A stretch of DNA of 64,000 bases, from positions 1 to 64,000 of the forward strand of contig JBHGNT010000050.1 of the NCBI GenBank assembly GCA_043228905.1. The letters run 5' to 3'. Made by a program: the position numbers and the translations under genes. This document shows, one piece after another, positions 1-13,200 of the stretch. This DNA is from Azolla caroliniana (lineage: Eukaryota; Plantae; Polypodiophyta). Under the pieces are notes generated by a model that ran no database searches, was not told the origin of the DNA, and saw nothing but the letters and a program-made list of their open reading frames with translations. How positions within the stretch are numbered: the first letter of the stretch is position 1; each line of letters begins with the position of its first letter.

Positions 1-1424
1 GCATGTTTGAACACAGAAATCCGATATCACACGAGCCAGGTATGACCATTTTAATTTACTCACACGCTCTTCTCAACTCCCTCCTCAAATATGCTAATTT
101 CTTCATGTCTCTCGACCTGAGTTTCAAAATCTCGATTTTTTAATTCTATATCATAGCTAGCCTTGTTAGCTTCGATTTGCATGTTTGAACACAGAAATCC
201 GATATCACACGAGCCAGGTATGACCATTTTAATTTACTCACACGCTCTTCTCACCTCCCTCCTCAAATATGCTAATTTCTTCACGTCTCTCGACCTGAGT
301 TTCAAAATCTTGATTTTTTAATTCTATATCATAGCTAGCCTTGTTAGCTTCGATTCGCATGTTTGAACACAGAAATCCGATATCACACGAGCCAGGTATG
401 ACCATTTTAATTTACTCACTCGCTCTTCTCAACTCCCTCCTCCAGCATGCTAATTTCCTCATGTCTTTCGACGTCAGTTTCAAAATCTCGATTTTTTAAT
501 TCTATATCATAGCTAGCCTTGTTAGTTTCGATTCGCATGTTTGAACACAGAAATCCGATATCACACGAGCCAGGTATGACCATTTTAATTTACTCACTCG
601 CTCTTCTCAACTCCCTCCTCAAATATGCTAATTTCTTCATGTCTCTCGACCTGAGTTTCAAAATCTCGATTTTTTAATTCTATATCATAGCTAGCCTTGT
701 TAGTTTCGATTCGCATGTTTGAACACAGAAATCCGATATCACACGAGCCAGGTATGACCATTTTAATTTACTCACTCGCTCTTCTCAACTCCCTCCTCAA
801 ATATGCTAATTTCTTCATGTCTCTCGACCTGAGTTTCAAAATCTCCATTTTTTAATTCTATATCATAGCTAGCCTTGTTAGCTTCGATTCGCATGTTTGA
901 ACACAGAAATCCGATATCACACGAGCCAGGTATGACCATTTTAATTTACTCACTCGCTCTTCTCAACTCCCTCCTCAAATATGCTAATTTCCTCATGTCT
1001 CTCGACCTGAGTTTCAAAATCACGATTTTTTAATTCTATATCATAGCTAGCCTTGTTAGTTTCGATTCGCATGTTTGAACACAGAAATCCGATATCACAC
1101 GAGCCAGGTATGACCATTTTAATTTACTCAGTCGCTCTTCTCAACTCCCTCCTCCAGCATGCTAATTTCCTCATGTCTTTCGACGTCAGTTTCGAAATCA
1201 CGATTTTTTAAGTCTATATCATAGCTAGCCTTGTTAGTTTCGATTCGAATGTTTGAACACAGAAATCCGATATCACACGAGCCAGGTATGACCATTTTAA
1301 TTTACTCACACGCTCTTCTCAACTCCCTCCTCAAATATGCTAATTTCTTCATGTCTCTCGACCTGAGTTTCAAAATCTCGATTTTTTAATTCTATATCAT
1401 AGCTAGCCTTGTTAGTTTCGATTC

Positions 1425-1587
1425 GCATGTTTGAACACAGAAATCCGATATCACACGAGCCAGGTATGACCATTTTAATTTACTCACACGCTCTTCTCAA
1501 CTCCCTCCTCCAGCATGCTAATTTCCTCATGTCTTTCGACGTCATTTTTTAAGTCTATATCATAGCTAGCCTTGTTAGTTTCGATTC
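1425..1587. repeat. Truncated monomer, 163 bp (15-bp deletion)
   Basis: GACGTCA|TTTTTTAAG at 1544/1545 lacks GTTTCGAAATCACGA. The next monomer starts at 1588. Confidence 0.95.
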
Positions 1588-1765
1588 GCATGTTTGAACA
1601 CAGAAATCCGATATCACACGAGCCAGGTATGACCATTTTAATTTACTCACACGCTCTTCTCAACTCCCTCCTCAAATATGCTAATTTCTTCATGTCTCTC
1701 GACCTGAGTTTCAAAATCTCGATTTTTTAATTCTATATCATAGCTAGCCTTGTTAGCTTCGATTC

Positions 1766-3900
1766 GCATGTTTGAACACTGAAATCCGATATCACACGAG
1801 CCAGGTATGACCATTTTAATTTACTCACACGCTCTTCTCAACTCCCTCCTCAAATATGCTAATTTCTTCATGTCTCTTGACCTGAGTTTCAAAATCTCGA
1901 TTTTTTAATTCTATATCATAGCTAGCCTTGTTAGCTTCGATTTGCATGTTTGAACACAGAAATCCGTTATCACACGAGCCAGGTATGACCATTTTAATTT
2001 ACTCACTGACTCTTCTCAACTCCCTCCTCAAAGATGCTAATTTCTTCATGTCTCTCGACCTGAGTTTCAAAATCTCGATTTTTTAATTCTATATCATAGC
2101 TAGCCTTGTTAGTTTCGATTCGCATGTTTGAACACAGAAATCCGATATCACACGAGCCAGGTATGACCATTTTAATTTACTCACTCGCTCTTCTCAACTC
2201 CCTCCTCAAATATGCTAATTTCTTCATGTCTCTCGACCTGAGTTTCAAAATCTCGATTTTTTAATTCTATATCATAGCTAGCCTTGTTAGCTTCGATTTG
2301 CATGTTTGAACACAGAAATCCGATATCACACGAGCCAGGTATGACCATTTTAATTTACTCACTGGCTCTTCTCAACTCCCTCCTCAAATATGCTAATTTC
2401 CTCATGTCTCTCACCTGAGTTTCAAAATCTCGATTTTTTAATTCTATATCATAGCTAGCCTTGTTAGCTTCGATTCGCATGTTTGAACACAGAAATCCGA
2501 TATCACACGAGCCAGGTATGACCATTTTAATTTACTCACTCGCTCTTCTCAACTCCCTCCTCCAGCATGCTAATTTCCTCATGTCTTTCGACGTCAGTTT
2601 CGAAATCACGATTTTTTAAGTCTATATCATAGCTAGCCTTGTTAGTTTCGATTCGCATGTTTGAACACAAAAATCCGATATCACACGAGCCAGGTATGAC
2701 CATTTTAATTTACTCACACGCTCTTCTCAACTCCCTCCTCAAATATGCTAATTTCTTCATGTCTCTCGACCTGAGTTTCAAAATCTCGATTTTTTAATTC
2801 TATATCATAGCTAGCCTTGTTAGCTTCGATTCGCATGTTTGAACACAGAAATCCGATATCACACGAGCCAGGTATGACCATTTTAATTTACACACACGCT
2901 CTTCTCAACTCCCTCCTCAAATATGCTAAATTCTTCATGTCTCTCGACCTGAGTTTCAAAATCTCGATTTTTTAATTCTATATCATAGCTAGCCTTGTTA
3001 GCTTCGATTTGCATGTTTGAACAGAGAAATCCGATATCACACGAGCCAGGTATGACCATTTTAATTTACTCACCGGCTCTTCTCAACTCCCTCCTCAAAT
3101 ATGCTAATTTCCTCATGTCTCTCGACCTGAGTTTCAAAATCTCGATTTTTTAATTCTATATCATACCTAGCCTTGTTAGCTTCGATTTGCATGTTTGAAC
3201 AGAGAAATCCGATATCACACGAGCCAGGTATGACCATTTTAATTTACTCACCGGCTCTTCTCAACTCCCTCCTCAAATATGCTAATTTCCTCATGTCTCT
3301 CGACCTGAGTTTCAAAATCACGATTTTTTAAGTCTATATCATAGCTAGCCTTGTTAGTTTCGATTCGCATGTTTGAACACAGAAATCCGATATCACACGA
3401 GCTAGGTATGACCATTTTAATTTACTCACACGCTCTTCTCAACTCCCTCCTCAAATATGCTAATTTCTTCACGTCTCTCGACCTGAGTTTCAAAATCTTG
3501 ATTTTTTAATTCTATATCATAGCTAGCCTTGTTAGCTTCGATTCGCATGTTTGAACACAGAAATCCGATATCACACGAGCCAGGTATGACCATTTTAATT
3601 TACTCACTGGCTCTTCTCAACTCCCTCCTGAAATATGCTAATTTCCTCATGTCTCTCGACCTGAGTTTCAAAATCTCGATTTTTTAATTCTATATCATAG
3701 CTAGCCTTGTTAGTTTCGATTCGCATGTTTGAACACAGAAATCCGATATCACACGAGCCAGGTATGACCATTTTAATTTACTCACTCGCTCTTCTCAACT
3801 CCCTCCTCAAATATGCTAATTTCTTCATGTCTCTCGACCTGAGTTTCAAAATCTCGATTTTTTAATTCTATATCATAGCTAGCCTTGTTAGCTTCGATTC
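1766..3900. repeat. 12-monomer HOR unit (2135 bp), first copy
   Basis: Ordered diagnostic variants (ACACTGA/CTTGA; CCGTT/CTGAC/AAAGAT; TCTCACC 1-bp deletion; B-type monomer; TACACA/CTAAATT; two CAGAGA/CACCGG; GCTAGG/TCACG; CCTGAAA) recur in the same order from 7258. Confidence 0.9.
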
Positions 3901-4053
3901 GCATGTTTGAACACAGAAATCCGATATCACACGAGCCAGGTATGACCATTTTAATTTACACAAATATGCTAATTTCCTCATGTCTCTCGACCTGAGTTTC
4001 AAAATCTCGATTTTTTAATTCTATATCATAGCTAGCCTTGTTAGTTTCGATTC
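3901..4053. repeat. Truncated monomer, 153 bp (25-bp deletion)
   Basis: TTTACA|CAAATATG at 3960/3961 lacks the CT-rich segment (monomer positions 61-85). The next monomer starts at 4054. Confidence 0.95.
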
Positions 4054-7000
4054 GCAAGTTTGAACACAGAAATCCGATATCACACGAGCCAGGTATGACC
4101 ATTTTAATTTACTCACTCGCTCTTCTCAACTCCCTCCTCAAATATGCTAATTTCTTCATGTCTCTCGACTTGAGTTTCAAAATCTCGATTTTTTAATTCT
4201 ATATCATAGCTAGCCTTGTTAGCTTCGATTCGCATGTTTGAACACAGAAATCCGATATCACACGAGCCAGGTATGACCATTTTAATTTACTCACTCGCTC
4301 TTCTCAACTCCCTCTTCCAACATGCTAATTTCCTCATGTCTTTCGACGTTAGTTTCAAAATCTTGATTTTTTAATTCTATATCATAGCTAGCGTTCTTAG
4401 TTTCGATTCGCATGTTTGAACACAGAAATCCGATATCACACGAGCCAGGTATGACCATTTTAATTTACTCACTCGCTCTTCTCAACTCCCTCCTCCAATA
4501 TGCTAATTTCCTCATGTCTTTCGACGTTAGTTTCAAAATCTTGATTTTTTAATTCTATATCATAGCTAGCCTTGTTAGTTTCGATTCGCAGGTTTGAACA
4601 CAGAAATCCGATATCACACGAGCCAGGTATGACCATTTTAATTTACTCACTCGCTCTTCTCAACTCCCTCCTCAAATATGCTAATTTCCTCATGTCTCTC
4701 GACCTGAGTTTCAAAATCACGATTTTTTAATTCTATATCATAGCTAGCCTTGTTAGTTTCGATTCGCATGTTTGAACACAGAAATCCGATATCACACGAG
4801 CCAGGTATGACCATTTTAATTTACTCAGTCGCTCTTCTCAACTCCCTCCTCCAGCATGCTAATTTCCTCATGTCTTTCGACGTCAGTTTCGAAATCACGA
4901 TTTTTTAAGTCTATATCATAGCTAGCCTTGTTAGTTTCGATTCGAATGTTTGAACACAGAAATCCGATATCACACGAGCCAGGTATGACCATTTTAATTT
5001 ACTCACACGCTCTTCTCAACTCCCTCCTCAAATATGCTAATTTCTTCATGTCTCTCGACCTGAGTTTCAAAATCTCGATTTTTTAATTCTATATCATAGC
5101 TAGCCTTGTTAGCTTCGATTCGCATGTTTGAACACAGAAATCCGATATCACACGAGCCAGGTATGACCATTTTAATTTACTCACTCGCTCTTCTCAACTC
5201 CCTCCTCAAATATGCTAATTTCCTCATGTCTCTCGACCTGAGTTTCAAAATCACGATTTTTTAATTCTATATCATAGCTAGCCTTGTTAGTTTCGATTCG
5301 CATGTTTGAACACAGAAATCCGATATCACACGAGCCAGGTATGACCATTTTAATTTACTCACTCGCTCTTCTCAACTCCCTCCTCCAGCATGCTAATTTC
5401 CTCATGTCTTTCGACGTCAGTTTCGAAATCACGATTTTTTAAGTCTATATCATAGCTAGCCTTGTTAGTTTCGATTCGCATGTTTGAACACAGAAATCCG
5501 AGATCACACGAGTCAGGTATGACCATTTTAATTTACACACACGCTCTTCTCAACTCCCTCCTCAAATATGCTAATTTCCTCATGTCTCTCGACCTGAGTT
5601 TCAAAATCTCGATTTTTTAATTCTATATCATAGCTAGCCTTGTTAGTTTCGATTCGCATGTTTGAACACAGAAATCCGATATCACACGAGCCAGGTATGA
5701 CCATTTTAATTTACTCACTCGCTCTTCTCAACTCCCTCCTCAAATATGCTAATTTCTTCATGTCTCTCGACCTGAGTTTCAAAATCTCGATTTTTTAATT
5801 CTATATCATAGCTAGCCTTGTTAGCTTCGATTTGCATGTTTGAACACAGAAATCCGATATCACACGAGCCAGGTATGACCATTTTAATTTACTCACACGC
5901 TCTTCTCAACTCCCTCCTCAAATATGCTAATTTCTTCACGTCTCTCGACCTGAGTTTCAAAATCTTGATTTTTGAATTCTATATCATAGCTAGCCTTGTT
6001 AGCTTCGATTCGCATGTTTGAACACAGAAATCCGATATCACACGAGCCAGGTATGACCATTTTAATTTACTCACTGGCTCTTCTCAACTCCCTCCTGAAA
6101 TATGCTAATTTCCTCATGTCTCTCGACCTGAGTTTCAAAATCTCGATTTTTTAATTCTATATCATAGCTAGCCTTGTTAGTTTCGATTCGCATGTTTGAA
6201 CACAGAAATCCGATATCACACGAGCCAGGTATGACCATTTTAATTTACTCACACGCTCTTCTCAACTCCCTCCTCAAATATGCTAATTTCTTCATGTCTC
6301 TCGACCTGAGTTTCAAAATCTCGATTTTTTAATTCTATATCATAGCTAGCCTTGTTAGTTTCGATTCGCATGTTTGAACACAGAAATCCGATATCACACG
6401 AGCCAGGTATGACCATTTTAATTTACTCACACGCTCTTCTCAACTCCCTCCTCAAATATGCTAATTTCTTCATGTCTCTCGACCTGAGTTTCAAAATCTC
6501 GATTTTTTAATTCTATATCATAGCTAGCCTTGTTAGCTTCGATTCGCATGTTTGAACACTGAAATCCGATATCACACGAGCCAGGTATGACCATTTTAAT
6601 TTACTCACACGCTCTTCTCAACTCCCTCCTCAAATATGCTAATTTCTTCATGTCTCTTGACCTGAGTTTCAAAATCTCGATTTTTTAATTCTATATCATA
6701 GCTAGCCTTGTTAGCTTCGATTTGCATGTTTGAACACAGAAATCCGATATCACACGAGCCAGGTATGACCATTTTAATTTACTCACACGCTCTTCTCAAC
6801 TCCCTCCTCAAATATGCTAATTTCTTCACGTCTCTCGACCTGAGTTTCAAAATCTGGATTTTTTAATTCTATATCATAGCTAGCCTTGTTAGCTTCGATT
6901 CGCATGTTTGAACACAGAAATCCGATATCACACGAGCCAGGTATGACCATTTTAATTTACTCACTGGCTCTTCTCAACTCCCTCCTGAAATATGCTAATT

Positions 7001-7257
7001 TCCTCATGTCTCTCGACCTGAGTTTCAAAATCTCGATTTTTTAATTCTATATCATAGCTAGCCTTGTTAGTTTCGATTCGCATGTTTGAACACAGAAATC
7101 CGATATCACACGAGCCAGGTATGACCATTTTAATTTACTCAATCGCTCTTCTCAACTCCCTCCTCAAATATGCTAATTTCTTCATGTCTCTCGACCTGAG
7201 TTTCAAAATCTCGATTTTTTAATTCTATATCATAGCTAGCCTTGTTAGCTTCGATTC

Positions 7258-10200
7258 GCATGTTTGAACACTGAAATCCGATATCACACGAGCCAGGTAT
7301 GACCATTTTAATTTACTCACACGCTCTTCTCAACTCCCTCCTCAAATATGCTAATTTCTTCATGTCTCTTGACCTGAGTTTCAAAATCTCGATTTTTTAA
7401 TTCTATATCATAGCTAGCCTTGTTAGCTTCGATTTGCATGTTTGAACACAGAAATCCGTTATCACACGAGCCAGGTATGACCATTTTAATTTACTCACTG
7501 ACTCTTCTCAACTCCCTCCTCAAAGATGCTAATTTCTTCATGTCTCTCGACCTGAGTTTCAAAATCTCGATTTTTTAATTCTATATCATAGCTAGCCTTG
7601 TTAGTTTCGATTCGCATGTTTGAACACAGAAATCCGATATCACACGAGCCAGGTATGACCATTTTAATTTACTCACTCGCTCTTCTCAACTCCCTCCTCA
7701 AATATGCTAATTTCTTCATGTCTCTCGACCTGAGTTTCAAAATCTCGATTTTTTAATTCTATATCATAGCTAGCCTTGTTAGCTTCGATTTGCATGTTTG
7801 AACACAGAAATCCGATATCACACGAGCCAGGTATGACCATTTTAATTTACTCACTGGCTCTTCTCAACTCCCTCCTCAAATATGCTAATTTCCTCATGTC
7901 TCTCACCTGAGTTTCAAAATCTCGATTTTTTAATTCTATATCATAGCTAGCCTTGTTAGCTTCGATTCGCATGTTTGAACACAGAAATCCGATATCACAC
8001 GAGCCAGGTATGACCATTTTAATTTACTCACTCGCTCTTCTCAACTCCCTCCTCCAGCATGCTAATTTCCTCATGTCTTTCGACGTCAGTTTCGAAATCA
8101 CGATTTTTTAAGTCTATATCATAGCTAGCCTTGTTAGTTTCGATTCGCATGTTTGAACACAGAAATCCGATATCACACGAGCCAGGTATGACCATTTTAA
8201 TTTACTCACACGCTCTTCTCAACTCCCTCCTCAAATATGCTAATTTCTTCATGTCTCTCGACCTGAGTTTCAAAATCTCGATTTTTTAATTCTATATCAT
8301 AGCTAGCCTTGTTAGCTTCGATTCGCATGTTTGAACACAGAAATCCGATATCACACGAGCCAGGTATGACCATTTTAATTTACACACACGCTCTTCTCAA
8401 CTCCCTCCTCAAATATGCTAAATTCTTCATGTCTCTCGACCTGAGTTTCAAAATCTCGATTTTTTAATTCTATATCATAGCTAGCCTTGTTAGCTTCGAT
8501 TTGCATGTTTGAACAGAGAAATCCGATATCACACGAGCCAGGTATGACCATTTTAATTTACTCACCGGCTCTTCTCAACTCCCTCCTCAAATATGCTAAT
8601 TTCCTCATGTCTCTCGACCTGAGTTTCAAAATCTCGATTTTTTAATTCTATATCATACCTAGCCTTGTTAGCTTCGATTTGCATGTTTGAACAGAGAAAT
8701 CCGATATCACACGAGCCAGGTATGACCATTTTAATTTACTCACCGGCTCTTCTCAACTCCCTCCTCAAATATGCTAATTTCCTCATGTCTCTCGACCTGA
8801 GTTTCAAAATCACGATTTTTTAAGTCTATATCATAGCTAGCCTTGTTAGTTTCGATTCGCATGTTTGAACACAGAAATCCGATATCACACGAGCTAGGTA
8901 TGACCATTTTAATTTACTCACACGCTCTTCTCAACTCCCTCCTCAAATATGCTAATTTCTTCACGTCTCTCGACCTGAGTTTCAAAATCTTGATTTTTTA
9001 ATTCTATATCATAGCTAGCCTTGTTAGCTTCGATTCGCATGTTTGAACACAGAAATCCGATATCACACGAGCCAGGTATGACCATTTTAATTTACTCACT
9101 GGCTCTTCTCAACTCCCTCCTGAAATATGCTAATTTCCTCATGTCTCTCGACCTGAGTTTCAAAATCTCGATTTTTTAATTCTATATCATAGCTAGCCTT
9201 GTTAGTTTCGATTCGCATGTTTGAACACAGAAATCCGATATCACACGAGCCAGGTATGACCATTTTAATTTACTCACTCGCTCTTCTCAACTCCCTCCTC
9301 AAATATGCTAATTTCTTCATGTCTCTCGACCTGAGTTTCAAAATCTCGATTTTTTAATTCTATATCATAGCTAGCCTTGTTAGCTTCGATTCGCATGTTT
9401 GAACACTGAAATCCGATATCACACGAGCCAGGTATGACCATTTTAATTTACTCACACGCTCTTCTCAACTCCCTCCTCAAATATGCTAATTTCTTCATGT
9501 CTCTTGACCTGAGTTTCAAAATCTCGATTTTTTAATTCTATATCATAGCTAGCCTTGTTAGCTTCGATTTGCATGTTTGAACACAGAAATCCGATATCAC
9601 ACGAGCCAGGTATGACCATTTTAATTTACTCACTGACTCTTCTCAACTCCCTCCTCAAAGATGCTAATTTCTTCATGTCTCTCGACCTGAGTTTCAAAAT
9701 CTCGATTTTTTAATTCTATATCATAGCTAGCCTTGTTAGTTTCGATTCGCATGTTTGAACACAGAAATCCGATATCACACGAGCCAGGTATGACCATTTT
9801 AATTTACTCACTCGCTCTTCTCAACTCCCTCCTCAAATATGCTAATTTCTTCATGTCTCTCGACCTGAGTTTCAAAATCTTGATTTTTTAATTCTATATC
9901 ATAGCTAGCCTTGTTAGCTTCGATTTGCATGTTTGAACACAGAAATCCGATATCACACGAGCCAGGTATGACCATTTTAATTTACTCACTGGCTCTTCTC
10001 AACTCCCTCCTCAAATATGCTAATTTCCTCATGTCTCTCACCTGAGTTTCAAAATCTCGATTTTTTAATTCTATATCATAGCTAGCCTTGTTAGCTTCGA
10101 TTCGCATGTTTGAACACAGAAATCCGATATCACACGAGCCAGGTATGACCATTTTAATTTACTCACTCGCTCTTCTCAACTCCCTCCTCCAGCATGCTAA

Positions 10201-13200
10201 TTTCCTCATGTCTTTCGACGTCAGTTTCGAAATCACGATTTTTTAAGTCTATATCATAGCTAGCCTTGTTAGTTTCGATTCGCATGTTTGAACACAAAAA
10301 TCCGATATCACACGAGCCAGGTATGACCATTTTAATTTACTCACACGCTCTTCTCAACTCCCTCCTCAAATATCCTAATTTCTTCATGTCTCTCGACCTG
10401 AGTTTCAAAATCTCGATTTTTTAATTCTATATCATAGCTAGCCTTGTTAGCTTCGATTCGCATGTTTGAACACAGAAATCCGATATCACACGAGCCAGGT
10501 ATGACCATTTTAATTTACACACACGCTCTTCTCAACTCCCTCCTCAAATATGCTAATTTCTTCATGTCTCTCGACGTCAGTTTCAAAATCTCGATTTTTT
10601 AATTCTATATCATAGCTAGCCTTGTTAGCTTCGATTCGCATGTTTGAACACAGAAATCCGATATCACACGAGCCAGGTATGACCATTTTAATTTACACAC
10701 ACGCTCTTCTCAACTCCCTCCTCAAATATGCTAAATTCTTCATGTCTCTCGACCTGAGTTTCAAAATCTCGATTTTTTAATTCTATATCATAGCTAGCCT
10801 TGTTAGCTTCGATTTGCATGTTTGAACAGAGAAATCCGATATCACACGAGCCAGGTATGACCATTTTAATTTACTCACCGGCTCTTCTCAACTCCCTCCT
10901 CAAATATGCTAATTTCCTCATGTCTCTCGACCTGAGTTTCAATATCACGATTTTTTAATTCTATATCATAGCTAGCCTTGTTAGTTTCGATTCGCATGTT
11001 TGAACACAGAAATCCGATATCACACGAGCCAGGTATGACCATTTTAATTTACTCACTCGCTCTTCTCAACTCCCTCCTCCAGCATGCTAATTTCCTCATG
11101 TCTTTCGACGTCAGTTTCGAAATCACGATTTTTTAAGTCTATATCATAGCTAGCCTTGTTAGTTTCGATTCGCATGTTTGAACACAAAAATCCGATATCA
11201 CACGAGCCAGGTATGACCATTTTAATTTACTCACACGCTCTTCTCAACTCCCTCCTCAAATATGCTAATTTCTTCATGTCTCTCGACCTGAGTTTCAAAA
11301 TCTCGATTTTTTAATTCTATATCATAGCTAGCCTTGTTAGCTTCGATTCGCATGTTTGAACACAGAAATCCGATATCACACGAGCCAGGTATGACCATTT
11401 TAATTTACACACACGCTCTTCTCAACTCCCTCCTCAAATATGCTAAATTCTTCATGTCTCTCGACCTGAGTTTCAAAATCTCGATTTTTTAATTCTATAT
11501 CATAGCTAGCCTTGTTAGCTTCGATTTGCATGTTTGAACAGAGAAATCCGATATCACACGAGCCAGGTATGACCATTTTAATTTACTCACCGGCTCTTCT
11601 CAACTCCCTCCTCAAATATGCTAATTTCCTCATGTCTCTCGACCTGAGTTTCAAAATCTCGATTTTTTAATTCTATATCATACCTAGCCTTGTTAGCTTC
11701 GATTTGCATGTTTGAACAGAGAAATCCGATATCACACGAGCCAGGTATGACCATTTTAATTTACTCACCGGCTCTTCTCAACTCCCTCCTCAAATATGCT
11801 AATTTCCTCATGTCTCTCGACCTGAGTTTCAAAATCACGATTTTTTAAGTCTATATCATAGCTAGCCTTGTTAGTTTCGATTCGCATGTTTGAACACAGA
11901 AATCCGATATCACACGAGCTAGGTATGACCATTTTAATTTACTCACACGCTCTTCTCAACTCCCTCCTCAAATATGCTAATTTCTTCACGTCTCTCGACC
12001 TGAGTTTCAAAATCTTGATTTTTTAATTCTATATCATAGCTAGCCTTGTTAGCTTCGATTCGCATGTTTGAACACAGAAATCCGATATCACACGAGCCAG
12101 GTATGACCATTTTAATTTACTCACTGGCTCTTCTCAACTCCCTCCTGAAATATGCTAATTTCCTCATGTCTCTCGACCTGAGTTTCAAAATCTCGATTTT
12201 TTAATTCTATATCATAGCTAGCCTTGTTAGTTTCGATTCGCATGTTTGAACACAGAAATCCGATATCACACGAGCCAGGTATGACCATTTTAATTTACTC
12301 ACTCGCTCTTCTCAACTCCCTCCTCAAATATGCTAATTTCTTCATGTCTCTCGACCTGAGTTTCAAAATCTCGATTTTTTAATTCTATATCATAGCTAGC
12401 CTTGTTAGCTTCGATTCGCATGTTTGAACACTGAAATCCGATATCACACGAGCTAGGTATGACCATTTTAATTTACTCACACGCTCTTCTCAACTCCCTC
12501 CTCAAATATGCTAATTTCTTCATGTCTCTTGACCTGAGTTTCAAAATCTCGATTTTTTAATTCTATATCATAGCTAGCCTTGTTAGCTTCGATTTGCATG
12601 TTTGAACACAGAAATCCGATATCACACGAGCCAGGTATGACCATTTTAATTTACTCACTGACTCTTCTCAACTCCCTCCTCAAAGATGCTAATTTCTTCA
12701 TGTCTCTCGACCTGAGTTTCAAAATCTCGATTTTTTAATTCTATATCATAGCTAGCCTTGTTAGTTTCGATTCGCATGTTTGAACACAGAAATCCGATAT
12801 CACACGAGCCAGGTATGACCATTTTAATTTACTCACTCGCTCTTCTCAACTCCCTCCTCAAATATGCTAATTTCTTCATGTCTCTCGACCTGAGTTTCAA
12901 AATCTTGATTTTTTAATTCTATATCATAGCTAGCCTTGTTAGCTTCGATTTGCATGTTTGAACACAGAAATCCGATATCACACGAGCCAGGTATGACCAT
13001 TTTAATTTACTCACTGGCTCTTCTCAACTCCCTCCTCAAATATGCTAATTTCCTCATGTCTCTCACCTGAGTTTCAAAATCTCGATTTTTTAATTCTATA
13101 TCATAGCTAGCCTTGTTAGCTTCGATTCGCATGTTTGAACACAGAAATCCGATATCACACGAGCCAGGTATGACCATTTTAATTTACTCACTCGCTCTTC

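Noticed and set aside
5-52. Short resemblance to Drosophila 1.688 satellite words (CTGTGTTCAAA on the minus strand, TGACCATTTT)
   Set aside because: Only 10-11 bp matches recalled from memory in AT-rich DNA, which is not enough to claim homology.
67-86. Polypyrimidine tract as G-quadruplex or H-DNA
   Set aside because: The minus strand GAGGAGGGAGTTGAGAAGAG has too few G-runs for a G4, and the tract is short, interrupted and not a good mirror repeat.
1-178. Arabidopsis CEN178 or primate alpha satellite identity; CENP-B box
   Set aside because: Only the length is similar. I recognise no sequence match on either strand, and the TTCG motifs are not followed by the A..CGGG of the CENP-B box (NTTCGNNNNANNCGGGN).
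1-178. Tandem 5S rRNA, tRNA or snRNA gene array
   Set aside because: I see no 5S, tRNA cloverleaf or snRNA/Sm-site signature on either strand. An Rfam/Infernal search would be the formal test.
5818-6021. 67-aa ORF
   Set aside because: It is a satellite translation from a TTG start, open only because one substitution (TAA>GAA at 5974) removes the usual stop. It has no recognisable domain.
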